From: an uncultured Spirochaetota bacterium
GTDB lineage: Bacteria; Spirochaetota; UBA4802; UBA5550
Assembly: GCA_963827275.1 (NCBI GenBank)
Contig: CAWHAA010000004.1
Location: 32,001 to 96,000 of the forward strand
Length of the DNA stretch: 64,000 nucleotides
Direction: 5' to 3'
In this document: positions 21,201 through 30,111 of the stretch, piece by piece
Position numbering within the stretch: the stretch's first letter is position 1
Layout of the letters: each line of letters starts with the position of its first letter
Translations under genes and position numbers: made by a program
Notes under the pieces: model-generated
Databases searched by the model: none
What the model was told of the DNA's origin: nothing
Seen by the model: the letters and a program-made list of their open reading frames with translations, nothing else

Positions 21201-21532
21201 ATTTCGAGCTGCTGAACCCGGTAAACTTCACGTTGCTCGCCGAGCAGCTGGTCAAATCGATCAGGGAAGAGGAAGAAAAGCGCGAATTGATGCAGCAGCA
21301 GATCGAGGCGGAGCTGAAAAAGATCAAGCGGGGCGGCCGCGCCGCGTCATCGGCGTCCATCGCGCGGGGGCTCGACGATCTTTCCCAGCAGCTCCTGGCG
21401 CAGCTTGATGAAATCGACCGGTACGTGCAGAAGCGCTCGACGGACCGCGAACTGATAAAGAACGTCCGCACCATGCTCACCAACGTGCATAACCTCTACC
21501 GGGTGGAAGTTTCTCGGCTCATCATCGATTGA
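18284..21532 (+). CDS. Large HEAT/ARM-repeat protein with a C-terminal degenerate class III nucleotide-cyclase-like domain and coiled coil (start codon uncertain)
   Basis: HEAT-like repeats (IRYSAIASL, IRSMAIEAL, IRSLAVLGIG, LKDPGIKVRIYSCLVL); cyclase-like segment near 20717-21215. Confidence 0.75.
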   Translation: MNMGTLYPTARTGAGGWTVSTLPEYEERELAEEKSFLQTIKLEISRSFKLVPYERLAFHKVLAILKSDIGKSILIKEMEKGPDIRYSAIASLAAFEYPDATSALVSQLNKNISEQEQVMILGHLMRHGAPGNTADLIGFIEKGQERQASPVVMASAFNVLKKIGAGSGEVLSFLVAKINAERPDPLIRSMAIEALSSFKSISQFEAILKKGDEAYCYAAYRAIYELASDMADKARLMKTDDDRLYTYSPDSEDKIVLEIRVLLGKMTHEFDGYSGRVKVAFISAMIACNHREYLIYTMKALTSDDDDLVSMTLYSLYQNVERLRDPDKLFRNLIAISTEIDRFNEMIVDIFVRYFAMPVDTRSFNLLKDKLYNYIVVTLETYFETYRKEFMITDVIEKGLPESFQRIRRFILHYCSPELKKEITTYLRNEDPSLIKHIIGSMAKRIPYVEGTSTEDMALLMEALLDRDRKSRENSASRLEDLNFEKLYLRNRIVRLCRIIGRLRIDEASSVLVNIYNYLKKYTDRDIFDAAVLTLSTLNYSYMLGEIEVMMTAGTPDDRKNALRLLSLFTEQRSLNMILEFIKNHITEQSEIMQSALTTLLERDISGNITAAQIFKGIIGSNQSLAIRSLAVLGIGRCGFDADIEYLDGLFYKAGQDVSKDIIVRSIVAIVTHSTTYNKRQLMRFLQEYLKDPGIKVRIYSCLVLAQLGSKEAIRSIRDMLVIKNKGIQRDILTILGDLRSIEFSFFLLSLLKEEYGISKDIIPVMEKLPVEEMKEIDGFVVNIFRKYEAPVVEGIQSQTAEPRMQSIEGLKKERVTILRIAVTERHGQDDELTVDDLIKLNLRIRLLIAVTIQEKGGTITKMSNTDIVAFFTGARQAADAAYRIEQNIIAYNALRTVDRNIHLYLQLFTETVKIINDEIIEFPLHLGEAFGRLPVRNRVLTDRATMELLSDGYSLREIPQIVLSYNGFAVQYFELLNPVNFTLLAEQLVKSIREEEEKRELMQQQIEAELKKIKRGGRAASSASIARGLDDLSQQLLAQLDEIDRYVQKRSTDRELIKNVRTMLTNVHNLYRVEVSRLIID

Positions 21533-21560
21533 CGGCGCGGCGGGAGGAGCCGCGCGCCCG

Positions 21561-22454
21561 TTATTTTTCTATGAACCTGTTGCTCAGGTCAAGCTTGTGC
21601 TGGATCAGGGTGACCGAGTTGGTGAGGAAAAACCTGTCGTTTTTCGCCTCCAGCAGCAGGGCGTAGTGCCTGCTCGCCGTGGGGTAGTCCTGGAGCTTGA
21701 ACGCCGATTCGGCGAAATAGAAGTGGTACGCCCGGTCGTATTCCCGGCGGGTATCTATCGACTTCAGCACCACGAGCGCCCGGTGGTATTCCCCTTCCTT
21801 GAAATAGGCCTTCGCCCTCCCCAGGAGCCCGTTGTTGAAGCGGGGATCGATCCTCAGGCACTGGTCATAATATTTTTTCGCGAGCTGGACCTGGTTCCTG
21901 TTGAAGAAGAGGTCGCCGATCCGCACATAGGTGTTGAGCTCGTTCTTGTTGCGCCTGAGCGCCTCGCGGTAGCTGTCGATCGCCTCGTTGTCCCGGTACC
22001 AGAGCTGGTAAATCGATCCCATCAGGAGATAGGTGCCGGCATATTCCGGGACCACGGCCTGGGCTTTTTTGAAGTTGAGCATCGATTTTTTCAGGTTGTT
22101 CAGGTGAAGATAGCACGTCCCCAGGTTGTAGCGGAACGGGAAAAAAAGCGCCGAGTTTTTGAGGGCGGACTCCAGCGTCCCGACGGCGCCGGAAAAGTCG
22201 CCGGCCGCCATACTGTCCGCGGCCCTGTTGTTTTCAACGGCGAGGGAGCTCGATCCGGTGCAGTAGGCGATATCGTTTTTGAAATAGATGCGGTCCTTCG
22301 GGCCCGCTTCCTCCGGGGGCTTTTTTGCCAGGCGGAGCAGGTACTGCAGGCGGCTGAACTCCTCGTCTCCGACCGCAACGCCCCCTGCGGTGAAGAGTGC
22401 GGCAAGTGCCAGGATGAGGCAAATCGGTACGGCGCGCGCCAGGGCGGTCCTCAT
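21561..22454 (-). CDS. Exported tetratricopeptide-repeat protein
   Basis: Signal peptide; TPR motifs YNLGTCY, YLLMGSIY, YVRIGDLF, LLGRAKAY. Confidence 0.85.
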   Translation of the reverse strand: MRTALARAVPICLILALAALFTAGGVAVGDEEFSRLQYLLRLAKKPPEEAGPKDRIYFKNDIAYCTGSSSLAVENNRAADSMAAGDFSGAVGTLESALKNSALFFPFRYNLGTCYLHLNNLKKSMLNFKKAQAVVPEYAGTYLLMGSIYQLWYRDNEAIDSYREALRRNKNELNTYVRIGDLFFNRNQVQLAKKYYDQCLRIDPRFNNGLLGRAKAYFKEGEYHRALVVLKSIDTRREYDRAYHFYFAESAFKLQDYPTASRHYALLLEAKNDRFFLTNSVTLIQHKLDLSNRFIEK

Positions 22455-22464
22455 GATGCGCGCC

Positions 22465-23442
22465 TCAGTAGAGGTGGCACGCGACCCGTGATTGCCTCAC
22501 GGTCCGCATCACCGGGTATTCGCTCCTGCACCGGTCCATGGCGCGGGGGCAGCGCGGGTGGAAATGACAGCCGGAGGGGGGGTACTCCGGAGACGGGATC
22601 TCCCCGGCGATGACGCTGAAGCCGTGCTTCACCGCCTTCCTGTCCGGGATCGACTTCATGAGGCTGTGCGTGTAGGGATGCAGCGGGTGCGCGTAAAGGC
22701 CTTTTTTCGGGCTCTCCTCGACGATCTTCCCGAGGTACATCACCGCTATCCGGTCGCTCATGTGCTCCACGACCGCGAGATCGTGCGACACGAAGAGGTA
22801 GGTGAGTCCCATTGATGCCTGGATCCCCTTCAGCAGGTTCAATATCTGTCCCTGGATCGACATGTCGAGGGCAGAAACCGGCTCATCCAGTATGATGAAC
22901 TTCGGATTCAGCGCGAGGGCCCGCGCAATGCCGATCCGCTGGCGCTGGCCGCCGCTGAATTCATGGGGATACCGGTCACGGTGAGCGGCCTCGAGCCCCA
23001 CGAGCCCCACGAGCTCTTCGAATTTTTTATTGATATCGCGCTGCTTCATCGGGGTGTGTATCCTGATCGGCTCGGTGACGATCTTTTCCACCGTCATCCG
23101 GGGATCGAGTGAGCTGTAGGGGTCCTGGAAGACGATCTGCATGTTCTTCCTGAACGCCCTGAGCCCGTCCCTCCCCATGGTGCTGACGCTTTCCCCGTTA
23201 ATGACGATTTCGCCGGCATCGGGTTCGATCAGCCTGAGGATGGAGCGGGCGGCGGTGGTTTTGCCGCTCCCGCTTTCGCCCACCATCCCCAGGGTCGTAC
23301 CGCGGGGTATGGAAAAGGAGACGCCGTCGACCGCCCTGATGGTCCCGGGTGGCTCGAACAGGCCGGGCTTCCTGACGCTGAAAAACTTCGTAAGGCCGGA
23401 TACGCGCACCATGTCGTCCGATGTTTTCTTCTTTTGATCCAT
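22465..23442 (-). CDS. oppF: Oligopeptide/dipeptide ABC transporter ATP-binding protein (OppF/AppF-like)
   Basis: [38 protein letters not shown]. Confidence 0.9.
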   Translation of the reverse strand: MDQKKKTSDDMVRVSGLTKFFSVRKPGLFEPPGTIRAVDGVSFSIPRGTTLGMVGESGSGKTTAARSILRLIEPDAGEIVINGESVSTMGRDGLRAFRKNMQIVFQDPYSSLDPRMTVEKIVTEPIRIHTPMKQRDINKKFEELVGLVGLEAAHRDRYPHEFSGGQRQRIGIARALALNPKFIILDEPVSALDMSIQGQILNLLKGIQASMGLTYLFVSHDLAVVEHMSDRIAVMYLGKIVEESPKKGLYAHPLHPYTHSLMKSIPDRKAVKHGFSVIAGEIPSPEYPPSGCHFHPRCPRAMDRCRSEYPVMRTVRQSRVACHLY

Positions 23443-23451
23443 TGCCAGGAA

Positions 23452-23481
23452 AATATACCTGCGTTAATTCTACATTGTCAA
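23452..23481 (-). promoter_or_regulatory. Putative sigma70 promoter for oppF-TPR
   Basis: Minus strand TTGACA-N18-TATATT just upstream of the ATG. Confidence 0.35.
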
Positions 23482-23670
23482 GATAAATTACTGCGACCAC
23501 GGATGATTGTGGGCATGGGTCGCTTTTCTCTTGCGCGGCAGGGCCCTTCGTAAAACTATATTTTTTTATTGATTTTTTAAGAGACGATATAGTTATATCG
23601 TACTGTCACGGTATGCGGGCCGCGAAAAATTCGGCAATGCGTCTGTCATATTGCCACCAGGTGCCAATAA

Positions 23671-24849
23671 GTGGAAGATTTTACCATTATATCCTACCCG
23701 GGAACAAGGAACGACCTTCTCCTGTCCCTGAATGAATCGAGGTCCCGGTACATGCTCCCGTTCGGCGGCAGGTTCAGGGTGGTGGATTTCACGCTCAGGA
23801 ACTCCTTCACCTCGCGCGCCAGGACCACCATCATATACAACAACCTTGACGACGACCTTGAGCAGTACGTGGACCGGTACGGGCCGTTCGGTGACATGAA
23901 GTTTCCTCCCATCAAAGTCATCACCAGGGAGTATTCGGACATCAAGGTCTGCTACAACCTCATTCTCGAAAGCAATACTGAATATTACCTCGTCTATAAC
24001 GGGGACAACCCTTCGATAATAGATTTCCCCGCCATAATAAAAAAATACAAGGCGCGCAAAACGGGCGCGGTCCTGTTCCGGCTGAACCTTGACGGGAAGC
24101 CCTCCATGGCCCATACCCTGCTCGTTTCGGACCAGAAGACCCTCCTGAACGTGGTGAAGGCCGCCATCAAGGATAAGCAGCAGGCCCCGAACCTTTTCGA
24201 GATGATCATCAATATAATGATAAACGCCGGGATAGCCAGGAGCAGCTTCGATGCGTACTACTGGCCGATAAAAAACGTGCCCGAGTATTACGACCTGAAC
24301 CGCGAGATCATCTGGAACCAGGAGATATTCGGCATGCTGTACCGGGAGGAGATGATCAAGAGCCAGATCGCCGCCGGCGGCATGGCCCACGTGGGACGGC
24401 ACGGCAAAATCGTCCGCTCGTTCGTATCGGATTTCTGCAAGATCAACGGGACCGTCGAGAATTCGATCATATACCCGGGGGTTGAAATCGGCGACCACGC
24501 GGTGGTCAAGGATTCCATTATCCTTCCCTACAACCGTATCGGCGCCGGGGCGCGGGTCGTCCGCTCGATTATCGATGAACGCACCGACCTCGCGCCTGAA
24601 TCGAACTACCTGAATGTCGGCATCGGGTGCAGGATCGGGTCCGGCGTCGAATTCATAAAAAATTCTGATTTTCCCCAGTCGCTTTTTTCGAGCATCACCC
24701 TGATCGGCAAGGACTGCCGCATTGCCGACAACGCGCGCATCGGCGGCGGCTGCTATGTCCAGTCGGGGCTGGGCGGGGAATTCCAGGGCGCGAAGAAGTT
24801 TCTCTACGACGGCACGTCGCTCTTCAGACCGGCGCCTGAAACACCGTGA
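23671..24849 (+). CDS. Glucose-1-phosphate adenylyltransferase family protein, GlgD-like (degenerate N-terminal motif)
   Basis: LPFGGRFRVVDFTL and a C-terminal left-handed beta-helix (GTVENSIIYPGVEIG). The LAGG-x-G-x-R-L motif is replaced by SYPGTRNDLL. Confidence 0.8.
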   Translation: MEDFTIISYPGTRNDLLLSLNESRSRYMLPFGGRFRVVDFTLRNSFTSRARTTIIYNNLDDDLEQYVDRYGPFGDMKFPPIKVITREYSDIKVCYNLILESNTEYYLVYNGDNPSIIDFPAIIKKYKARKTGAVLFRLNLDGKPSMAHTLLVSDQKTLLNVVKAAIKDKQQAPNLFEMIINIMINAGIARSSFDAYYWPIKNVPEYYDLNREIIWNQEIFGMLYREEMIKSQIAAGGMAHVGRHGKIVRSFVSDFCKINGTVENSIIYPGVEIGDHAVVKDSIILPYNRIGAGARVVRSIIDERTDLAPESNYLNVGIGCRIGSGVEFIKNSDFPQSLFSSITLIGKDCRIADNARIGGGCYVQSGLGGEFQGAKKFLYDGTSLFRPAPETP

Positions 24850-24866
24850 CGATGATGGAGGGAGCA

Positions 24867-25304
24867 GTGAAAACAGCCATCGCTTTCGCCTTTTCCCTGT
24901 GCCTTGCGGCAGTCATGGCCGCGTCCTGCTCGAAGGACGGCGATACAAGCGCCAGGGACCGGGGACGCTCCTGCCCCTACCTCATGGAAAAACATCATTA
25001 TGCCGGCCGCTGCCACAGGGGCTGCCGGCACCATGAATACCGGTGCGGGAGCGGCCAGGTGATTGCGCCCCGTGAATTTTTTGACGCGTCGGATTTCGGC
25101 CGCGGCCATGACAGCCTGTACGGCGGCCCGCACGGCCCGTCGGACGACGGCCGCGTTCATCACGGGGACCGGCGGCACGGCTCATTTTATGGACGGTCCC
25201 ATCGGTCCTGCCCGCACCGCCGCGGGTATGACCGTGACCGTGAAGACAAGCTGTCGGAGCGGTTCGCGCCCTCCGTGGAACCCTGTCCGGGGCACGATGA
25301 ATGA
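24867..25304 (+). CDS. Hypothetical His/Cys/Arg-rich lipoprotein
   Basis: GGAGG RBS before GTG; lipobox-like MAASC; stop overlaps the ATG of the next gene (ATGA). Confidence 0.55.
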   Translation: MKTAIAFAFSLCLAAVMAASCSKDGDTSARDRGRSCPYLMEKHHYAGRCHRGCRHHEYRCGSGQVIAPREFFDASDFGRGHDSLYGGPHGPSDDGRVHHGDRRHGSFYGRSHRSCPHRRGYDRDREDKLSERFAPSVEPCPGHDE

Positions 25305-27010
25305 CCCCCCGCCGGTCGTGGATATCAGGGGGCGGCGGGCTGGGCCCGTGCACGGCCCTTTCCCTCGCACTGTTCCTTTTGATCGCCACCGCCGTACGGG
25401 CCGAGGTGGCGATCCTGCCGTATAAAATCAACAATCCTTCCGCTGACTTCCCTGAATCAACCGGGGGCGAGTATTCCAGGCTGGTGGCGCTCTCGTCACT
25501 GCTTGCCAAGGAAAGCATTGATGTCACCTCGCCGCGGGAGATCGACCTTGACCTGGAGCGTATGAAGCTGTCGCCCCAGGACGTGATTACAAAGGATGAC
25601 CTCGACCTTTTAGGGAGAACACGGCGTATTGACCACTTCATCCTGGGGAGCCTGTCACGAATTAAGGGCAGGTTCCGGTCGGAGAGCGTGCTCTATTCAG
25701 TCCGGCACGGGAAGGTGATTGCCCGGTCGCGGGTTGAGGCCGGAGACCTCTATACCCTTGCGGACAGGGAGACGGGAGAGGCGCTTGCGCTGTTTAAAGA
25801 TGCCACGCGGCCGCGCGGGAGCGCCGGCAGCGGAATGGACCTGCTCTTTCTTGTCGACCTCTCATACCGGATGAACAGCGACTGGATCATCGTAAAAGGG
25901 GCGGTCCTGGACCTGGCGTCGTCGCTCATCGATACGCAGCGGCTGGACACCAGGGTGTACCTGGTCCCCTTCTCGGACCGGACGGGCCACCCGTCAGCGT
26001 CGGTATCGGTCAATTCGATAGCGGCGGTCAGGGACGGGCTCGACAGGCTGAAGCCGGCGGGCGGGGCGGGCACGGAGTCGTTTGTGGCATCGCTCCGTCA
26101 TTCGCTCACCGCGGTCAGGTGGCGGCCCGACGCGGCAAAGATGATGATTATCATATCCAATACCGGGATCGTTTCCCGGACCGCGGAGGAGCTCGGCGCG
26201 CGGGCCAGGAAAAAGGGGATCACCATCCACGCGCTTTCCCTGGGCGGGGTCCCGGGTGAAACCAGCGAGGTGCTCGGCCGCCTTGCCGAGATCGGCGGAG
26301 GGACGCACGCGCACGCGGCCTACCACCAGAGGCTGTATGCCGCGGACGGCGAGCCGGTCGAGGTCTATATGGAGAACGGCAGGTTGTTCAGGTCCCGGTT
26401 TCCGGATGCCGCGTGGAAAAAAGGGCTCTACCAGGCAGGCGGGCCCCGGAGCTATTACGGCAAGCCGAAGCCGTTCATCGAGGAAATCATCAGTAACGAG
26501 AGAAAAGAGCCGGCAACCCCCTACACCATGGAAGACGCCTACGGGCGGAACACGATGGAGCGCATCATTAACCGGGACCCGCTGGAAAGCAACGTGGGCC
26601 TCCTGCTCGGCCGGATGGCAAAAAAAGGCCGCGGCCGCGCGCCCGCGGATCCCGCGGCGGCCGGCAGGGCGCTCATTTCTGACGGGGCGGTCTCTTTCTG
26701 GGTAGCGGCGCCCAGCCCGGAATTCACGGATTATTTCATCAGCGCACAGCGCAGCGGGACGGTGGTTTCTATCGGGGTCTCCGTGCGGAAGGACGCCGGT
26801 TCCCCGTACGGGATTTCGCTGCAGCCGGTGGTCAAGGGCATCGCGGCGGAGTATCTTCCCGGGATCGCAACGGTGCGCCTGGGCGACCTCGCCAGGCGGG
26901 GCGACTATTACGCCGCGCATGGGCTCTCCCGGCCGCCGGTATGGTTCGTCAGGGTCACGGTTGACAGGGCGGAAAAATCGCGCGGAAGAGAGGACGTGCG
27001 GGGGAGATAG
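25301..27010 (+). CDS. Exported vWA-domain protein
   Basis: Signal peptide ending AVRA; DLLFLVDLSYRM (partial MIDAS), WRPDAAKMMIIIS, GITIHALSLG. Confidence 0.75.
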   Translation: MTPRRSWISGGGGLGPCTALSLALFLLIATAVRAEVAILPYKINNPSADFPESTGGEYSRLVALSSLLAKESIDVTSPREIDLDLERMKLSPQDVITKDDLDLLGRTRRIDHFILGSLSRIKGRFRSESVLYSVRHGKVIARSRVEAGDLYTLADRETGEALALFKDATRPRGSAGSGMDLLFLVDLSYRMNSDWIIVKGAVLDLASSLIDTQRLDTRVYLVPFSDRTGHPSASVSVNSIAAVRDGLDRLKPAGGAGTESFVASLRHSLTAVRWRPDAAKMMIIISNTGIVSRTAEELGARARKKGITIHALSLGGVPGETSEVLGRLAEIGGGTHAHAAYHQRLYAADGEPVEVYMENGRLFRSRFPDAAWKKGLYQAGGPRSYYGKPKPFIEEIISNERKEPATPYTMEDAYGRNTMERIINRDPLESNVGLLLGRMAKKGRGRAPADPAAAGRALISDGAVSFWVAAPSPEFTDYFISAQRSGTVVSIGVSVRKDAGSPYGISLQPVVKGIAAEYLPGIATVRLGDLARRGDYYAAHGLSRPPVWFVRVTVDRAEKSRGREDVRGR

Positions 27011-27034
27011 GCGGGACGCCGCGGCGCGGCCCGC

Positions 27035-28516
27035 TCAGTTCTGCTTCGTCGATTCGTACCGTATTTTCAGCCGCTGGTGGAGCTCGTTGAACCTGCCTGT
27101 ATCCAGGAGGTCGTACCGCTCGAGAACGCTCTCGTCAATATAATAAAAATTATACTTCCGGTCGTCTATCCCCACCATCATGTTCGCCAGATAAATGATA
27201 TATACCACGTCGCGATATTTCTCGCTGCAGTTCAGGGGCGCGTGGTGGTGCTGTATCGCCTCGATGAGATACGGCGGGAAGTTCCAGTTTTTCGAGATGA
27301 GCGCCCCGATGCTCGAATGGCTGATGCCGATGGATATCTCCTCCATGGTGGTGGTCGTTATCTTGCGGTTTTCCACGAGGTCGGCGATTCTCCTGACGAG
27401 CTTCTTGTCCGTGGCCAGGAGGATGATTTTCCCCAGGTCGTGAAGGAGCCCCGCCATGTAAACGTTTTCTATGATGGCCGACTGGCGGTAGGATATCGCG
27501 ATGTTGTAGGCGTAGAAGGCGACCTTGTTGCAATGGTCCCATATCGTCTCGAAGCTGCTGTACCGCTCGTTCAGTATCCGACGCGCGTTGCTTGCCACCA
27601 GTATCGCCTCGAGGTTTTTCAGCCCGATGATCACCACGGCGGACTTGATGTCCTCGATGCGCGTCCCGGGCGCGAAGCCGGCCGAATTTGACAGCTTGAT
27701 CACGTCGGTGGAAAGCGCCGGGTCGATCTTCAGCTTCTTGACGATAGTGTCGATTGATGATTCCGGGTCGCGGCAGAGCCGCTGGAGGTGTACGATGTTC
27801 TCGGGAAAGGTGGGGATACCCTCGATCTCTTTGAGTATATGCTGCTTGACCTTTGTCGTGATCTCCCCCGGCTTCAGGACGGAGGGGATGGCAAGCGAGG
27901 TCCTGGTGATCTTGCCCGCGTTTTCGATCCGGTAGCTCAGCGGGTCGATGCCCATGTTCTTCAGCAGCAGGATCGTGAGAACGATGCCGAGTCCCGCACC
28001 CTCGGTGTCGTCTTCGATTTCCGAGTATGCCTCGGAGAAGTCGTTGTACTTCAAGGCCTTGTCGATCCTGAAATTGATGCGATCGAGCTCGACCGGGAGA
28101 ACCGGTGAATTGTTCGAGACCGATATCCGGATCATGTCCGGGGCTGCCTCAAAACATATCTGGACGTAGAGGTCGCTCCGCTTCAGGTCGGCCTCGATGG
28201 AATCGAAGTCGCCGACGACCTTCTTCTTGAATTTGGCCATGCCCTTCTTGTAATCATGCTCGTCGTTTATGTTGAGGTTGGATTTCATGAAAAACGTCCG
28301 CTTGGCGTTGGCCTTGAGCGCGTTGATTATGATCTCCCTGAGGATGGTGACAACGGAATTCAGAAGATAGATCTGGTCGTTCTTAGAGAGCAGCTTCGAG
28401 AGGACGCTGTTGAGGACCATCAGCACTTTTTCGTTTACGTATTTAAACGACAGCCTGAGGGGCTCGCCTTTGTTTATCTTGCTCGAGATAAGCTTTCTGT
28501 TGCTGATGTCATCCAT
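27035..28516 (-). CDS. HDOD-domain protein with an N-terminal HATPase-like domain
   Basis: REIIINALKAN (N-box-like), GAGLG; HDOD motifs IPTFP, DPALS..NSA, GLLHDLGK, HHAP. Confidence 0.85.
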   Translation of the reverse strand: MDDISNRKLISSKINKGEPLRLSFKYVNEKVLMVLNSVLSKLLSKNDQIYLLNSVVTILREIIINALKANAKRTFFMKSNLNINDEHDYKKGMAKFKKKVVGDFDSIEADLKRSDLYVQICFEAAPDMIRISVSNNSPVLPVELDRINFRIDKALKYNDFSEAYSEIEDDTEGAGLGIVLTILLLKNMGIDPLSYRIENAGKITRTSLAIPSVLKPGEITTKVKQHILKEIEGIPTFPENIVHLQRLCRDPESSIDTIVKKLKIDPALSTDVIKLSNSAGFAPGTRIEDIKSAVVIIGLKNLEAILVASNARRILNERYSSFETIWDHCNKVAFYAYNIAISYRQSAIIENVYMAGLLHDLGKIILLATDKKLVRRIADLVENRKITTTTMEEISIGISHSSIGALISKNWNFPPYLIEAIQHHHAPLNCSEKYRDVVYIIYLANMMVGIDDRKYNFYYIDESVLERYDLLDTGRFNELHQRLKIRYESTKQN

Positions 28517-28608
28517 GCATTTGTCATGTATAAAAGGGATATGGTTATGATTGCGTTTGGCGGGGCTAATTATTTAGGGATAAAACCAATCAGTCAAGCA
28601 ATTAATAT

Positions 28609-29997
28609 TTATTCGGCGGGCCCGTTCTTATCTTCAATGGACTTTCGCGCCATGGCCACCAGCTTATCCCGCTCATTCAGCTCGGGGTTGTCGAGCACCG
28701 TTTCGAGGAGCTCGTTCAGGATACGGCCGATAATCGGGCCGGGCTTCAGGCCGAATTCCTGCATGATGTCGTTCCCGTCTATGTTGAGGTCCCGCACCGA
28801 GAAGGCGTTCTCCGCCTCGATGACGCGGTCGATCCTGGTCTTGAGCCGCTCAATCGGAGCGGGGAGGCCCTTGCGCGCGCCGTTCCCCTTGCGGTCGGCC
28901 ATGCGCAGGGTGAAGAGGTTGCCGATATTGTCCAGGCCCACCTTGCGGATGAAGCGGCGCACGGCGCCGTCGGTCCACTCGTCGGTATAGTGGAACATGT
29001 GGTTCAGTATCAAGTTGTTGACGATGTCCACCTGCTCGTTCGAGAACTTGAGGCGCTTCATGATCCGCTTGACCATCTTTGCGCCCACCACTTCATGGTT
29101 ATAGAAGGTGAAGTCCCCGTCCTCTCCCGGTTGCCGGGTGGGGATCTTGCCGATATCGTGGAGGAGCGCCGCGAGCCTGATCATGGGGCTGTCCTTCGGG
29201 GCGGCATCGCATGAGTAGACGCTGTGGTAGTAGACATCGTATATATGGTACCGGTTCTGCGATACCTCGTAGCAATCGGCGAGCTCCGGCAGGATGACGC
29301 GCAGGAGCCCCGACTTCCGGAGGTACTCGATGCCCACGGAGGGCGTTTCCGCTTCGAGGATCTTGAGGAGCTCGTCGCGTATGCGCTCCTTCGAGACCTT
29401 CTGCACCACCTCCAGCGTCTGCGGGATGGCCCGGAGCGTGGCCTCCTCGATCTCGAAGTCCAGCTTTGCGGCGAAGCGGCAGGCGCGTATGGGCCTGAGC
29501 CCGTCCTCGGTAAAGCGCATCACGGGATCGCCGATGGTGCGTATGATCCTGCCGCTGAGGTCCCTGATGCCGTTGACATGGTCGATGATCTCGCCGGTTG
29601 TCGGATCGTATGCGAGCCCGTTGATGGTGAAGTCGCGCCGCTCGATGTCGGTTTTGAGGTCGTTTGAAAACGCGACCGAATCGGGATGGCGGCCGTCGTT
29701 GTACGTGCCGTCCGAACGATAGGTCGTGATTTCAAACTGCCGCTGGTCAATGATGATCGATACGGTGCCGTGCTTGATGCCGGTGGGGATCGACTTCCGG
29801 AATATTCCCATGATCGCATCGGGGTGCGCGTCGGTGGCGAAATCGTAATCGTACACGTCGAGCCCGAGCAGCAGGTCGCGGACCGACCCGCCGACCAGGT
29901 AGCATTCGTAACCGCGGTCGCGGCATTTTTGAATGATGTTCAGTATGGCGGGACTGACTTCATCGGGGATTTTTATATTGAGGTCGATGTCGCTCAT
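28609..29997 (-). CDS. cca: CCA tRNA nucleotidyltransferase with HD domain
   Basis: VGGSVRD..YDYDFAT, RRDFTIN, EDGLRPIRACRF, LLHDIGK. Confidence 0.9.
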   Translation of the reverse strand: MSDIDLNIKIPDEVSPAILNIIQKCRDRGYECYLVGGSVRDLLLGLDVYDYDFATDAHPDAIMGIFRKSIPTGIKHGTVSIIIDQRQFEITTYRSDGTYNDGRHPDSVAFSNDLKTDIERRDFTINGLAYDPTTGEIIDHVNGIRDLSGRIIRTIGDPVMRFTEDGLRPIRACRFAAKLDFEIEEATLRAIPQTLEVVQKVSKERIRDELLKILEAETPSVGIEYLRKSGLLRVILPELADCYEVSQNRYHIYDVYYHSVYSCDAAPKDSPMIRLAALLHDIGKIPTRQPGEDGDFTFYNHEVVGAKMVKRIMKRLKFSNEQVDIVNNLILNHMFHYTDEWTDGAVRRFIRKVGLDNIGNLFTLRMADRKGNGARKGLPAPIERLKTRIDRVIEAENAFSVRDLNIDGNDIMQEFGLKPGPIIGRILNELLETVLDNPELNERDKLVAMARKSIEDKNGPAE

Positions 29998-30111
29998 GGA
30001 AGGTTATACCGCTGTCCGTAATGTCTGGCCCCGGTTTCGCACGTCGGCCCTCTGTCCTGCCATTAGGTAACAGGGACGGTATTAGTCAATGGATTTTTGG
30101 CGGCGGCCCGG

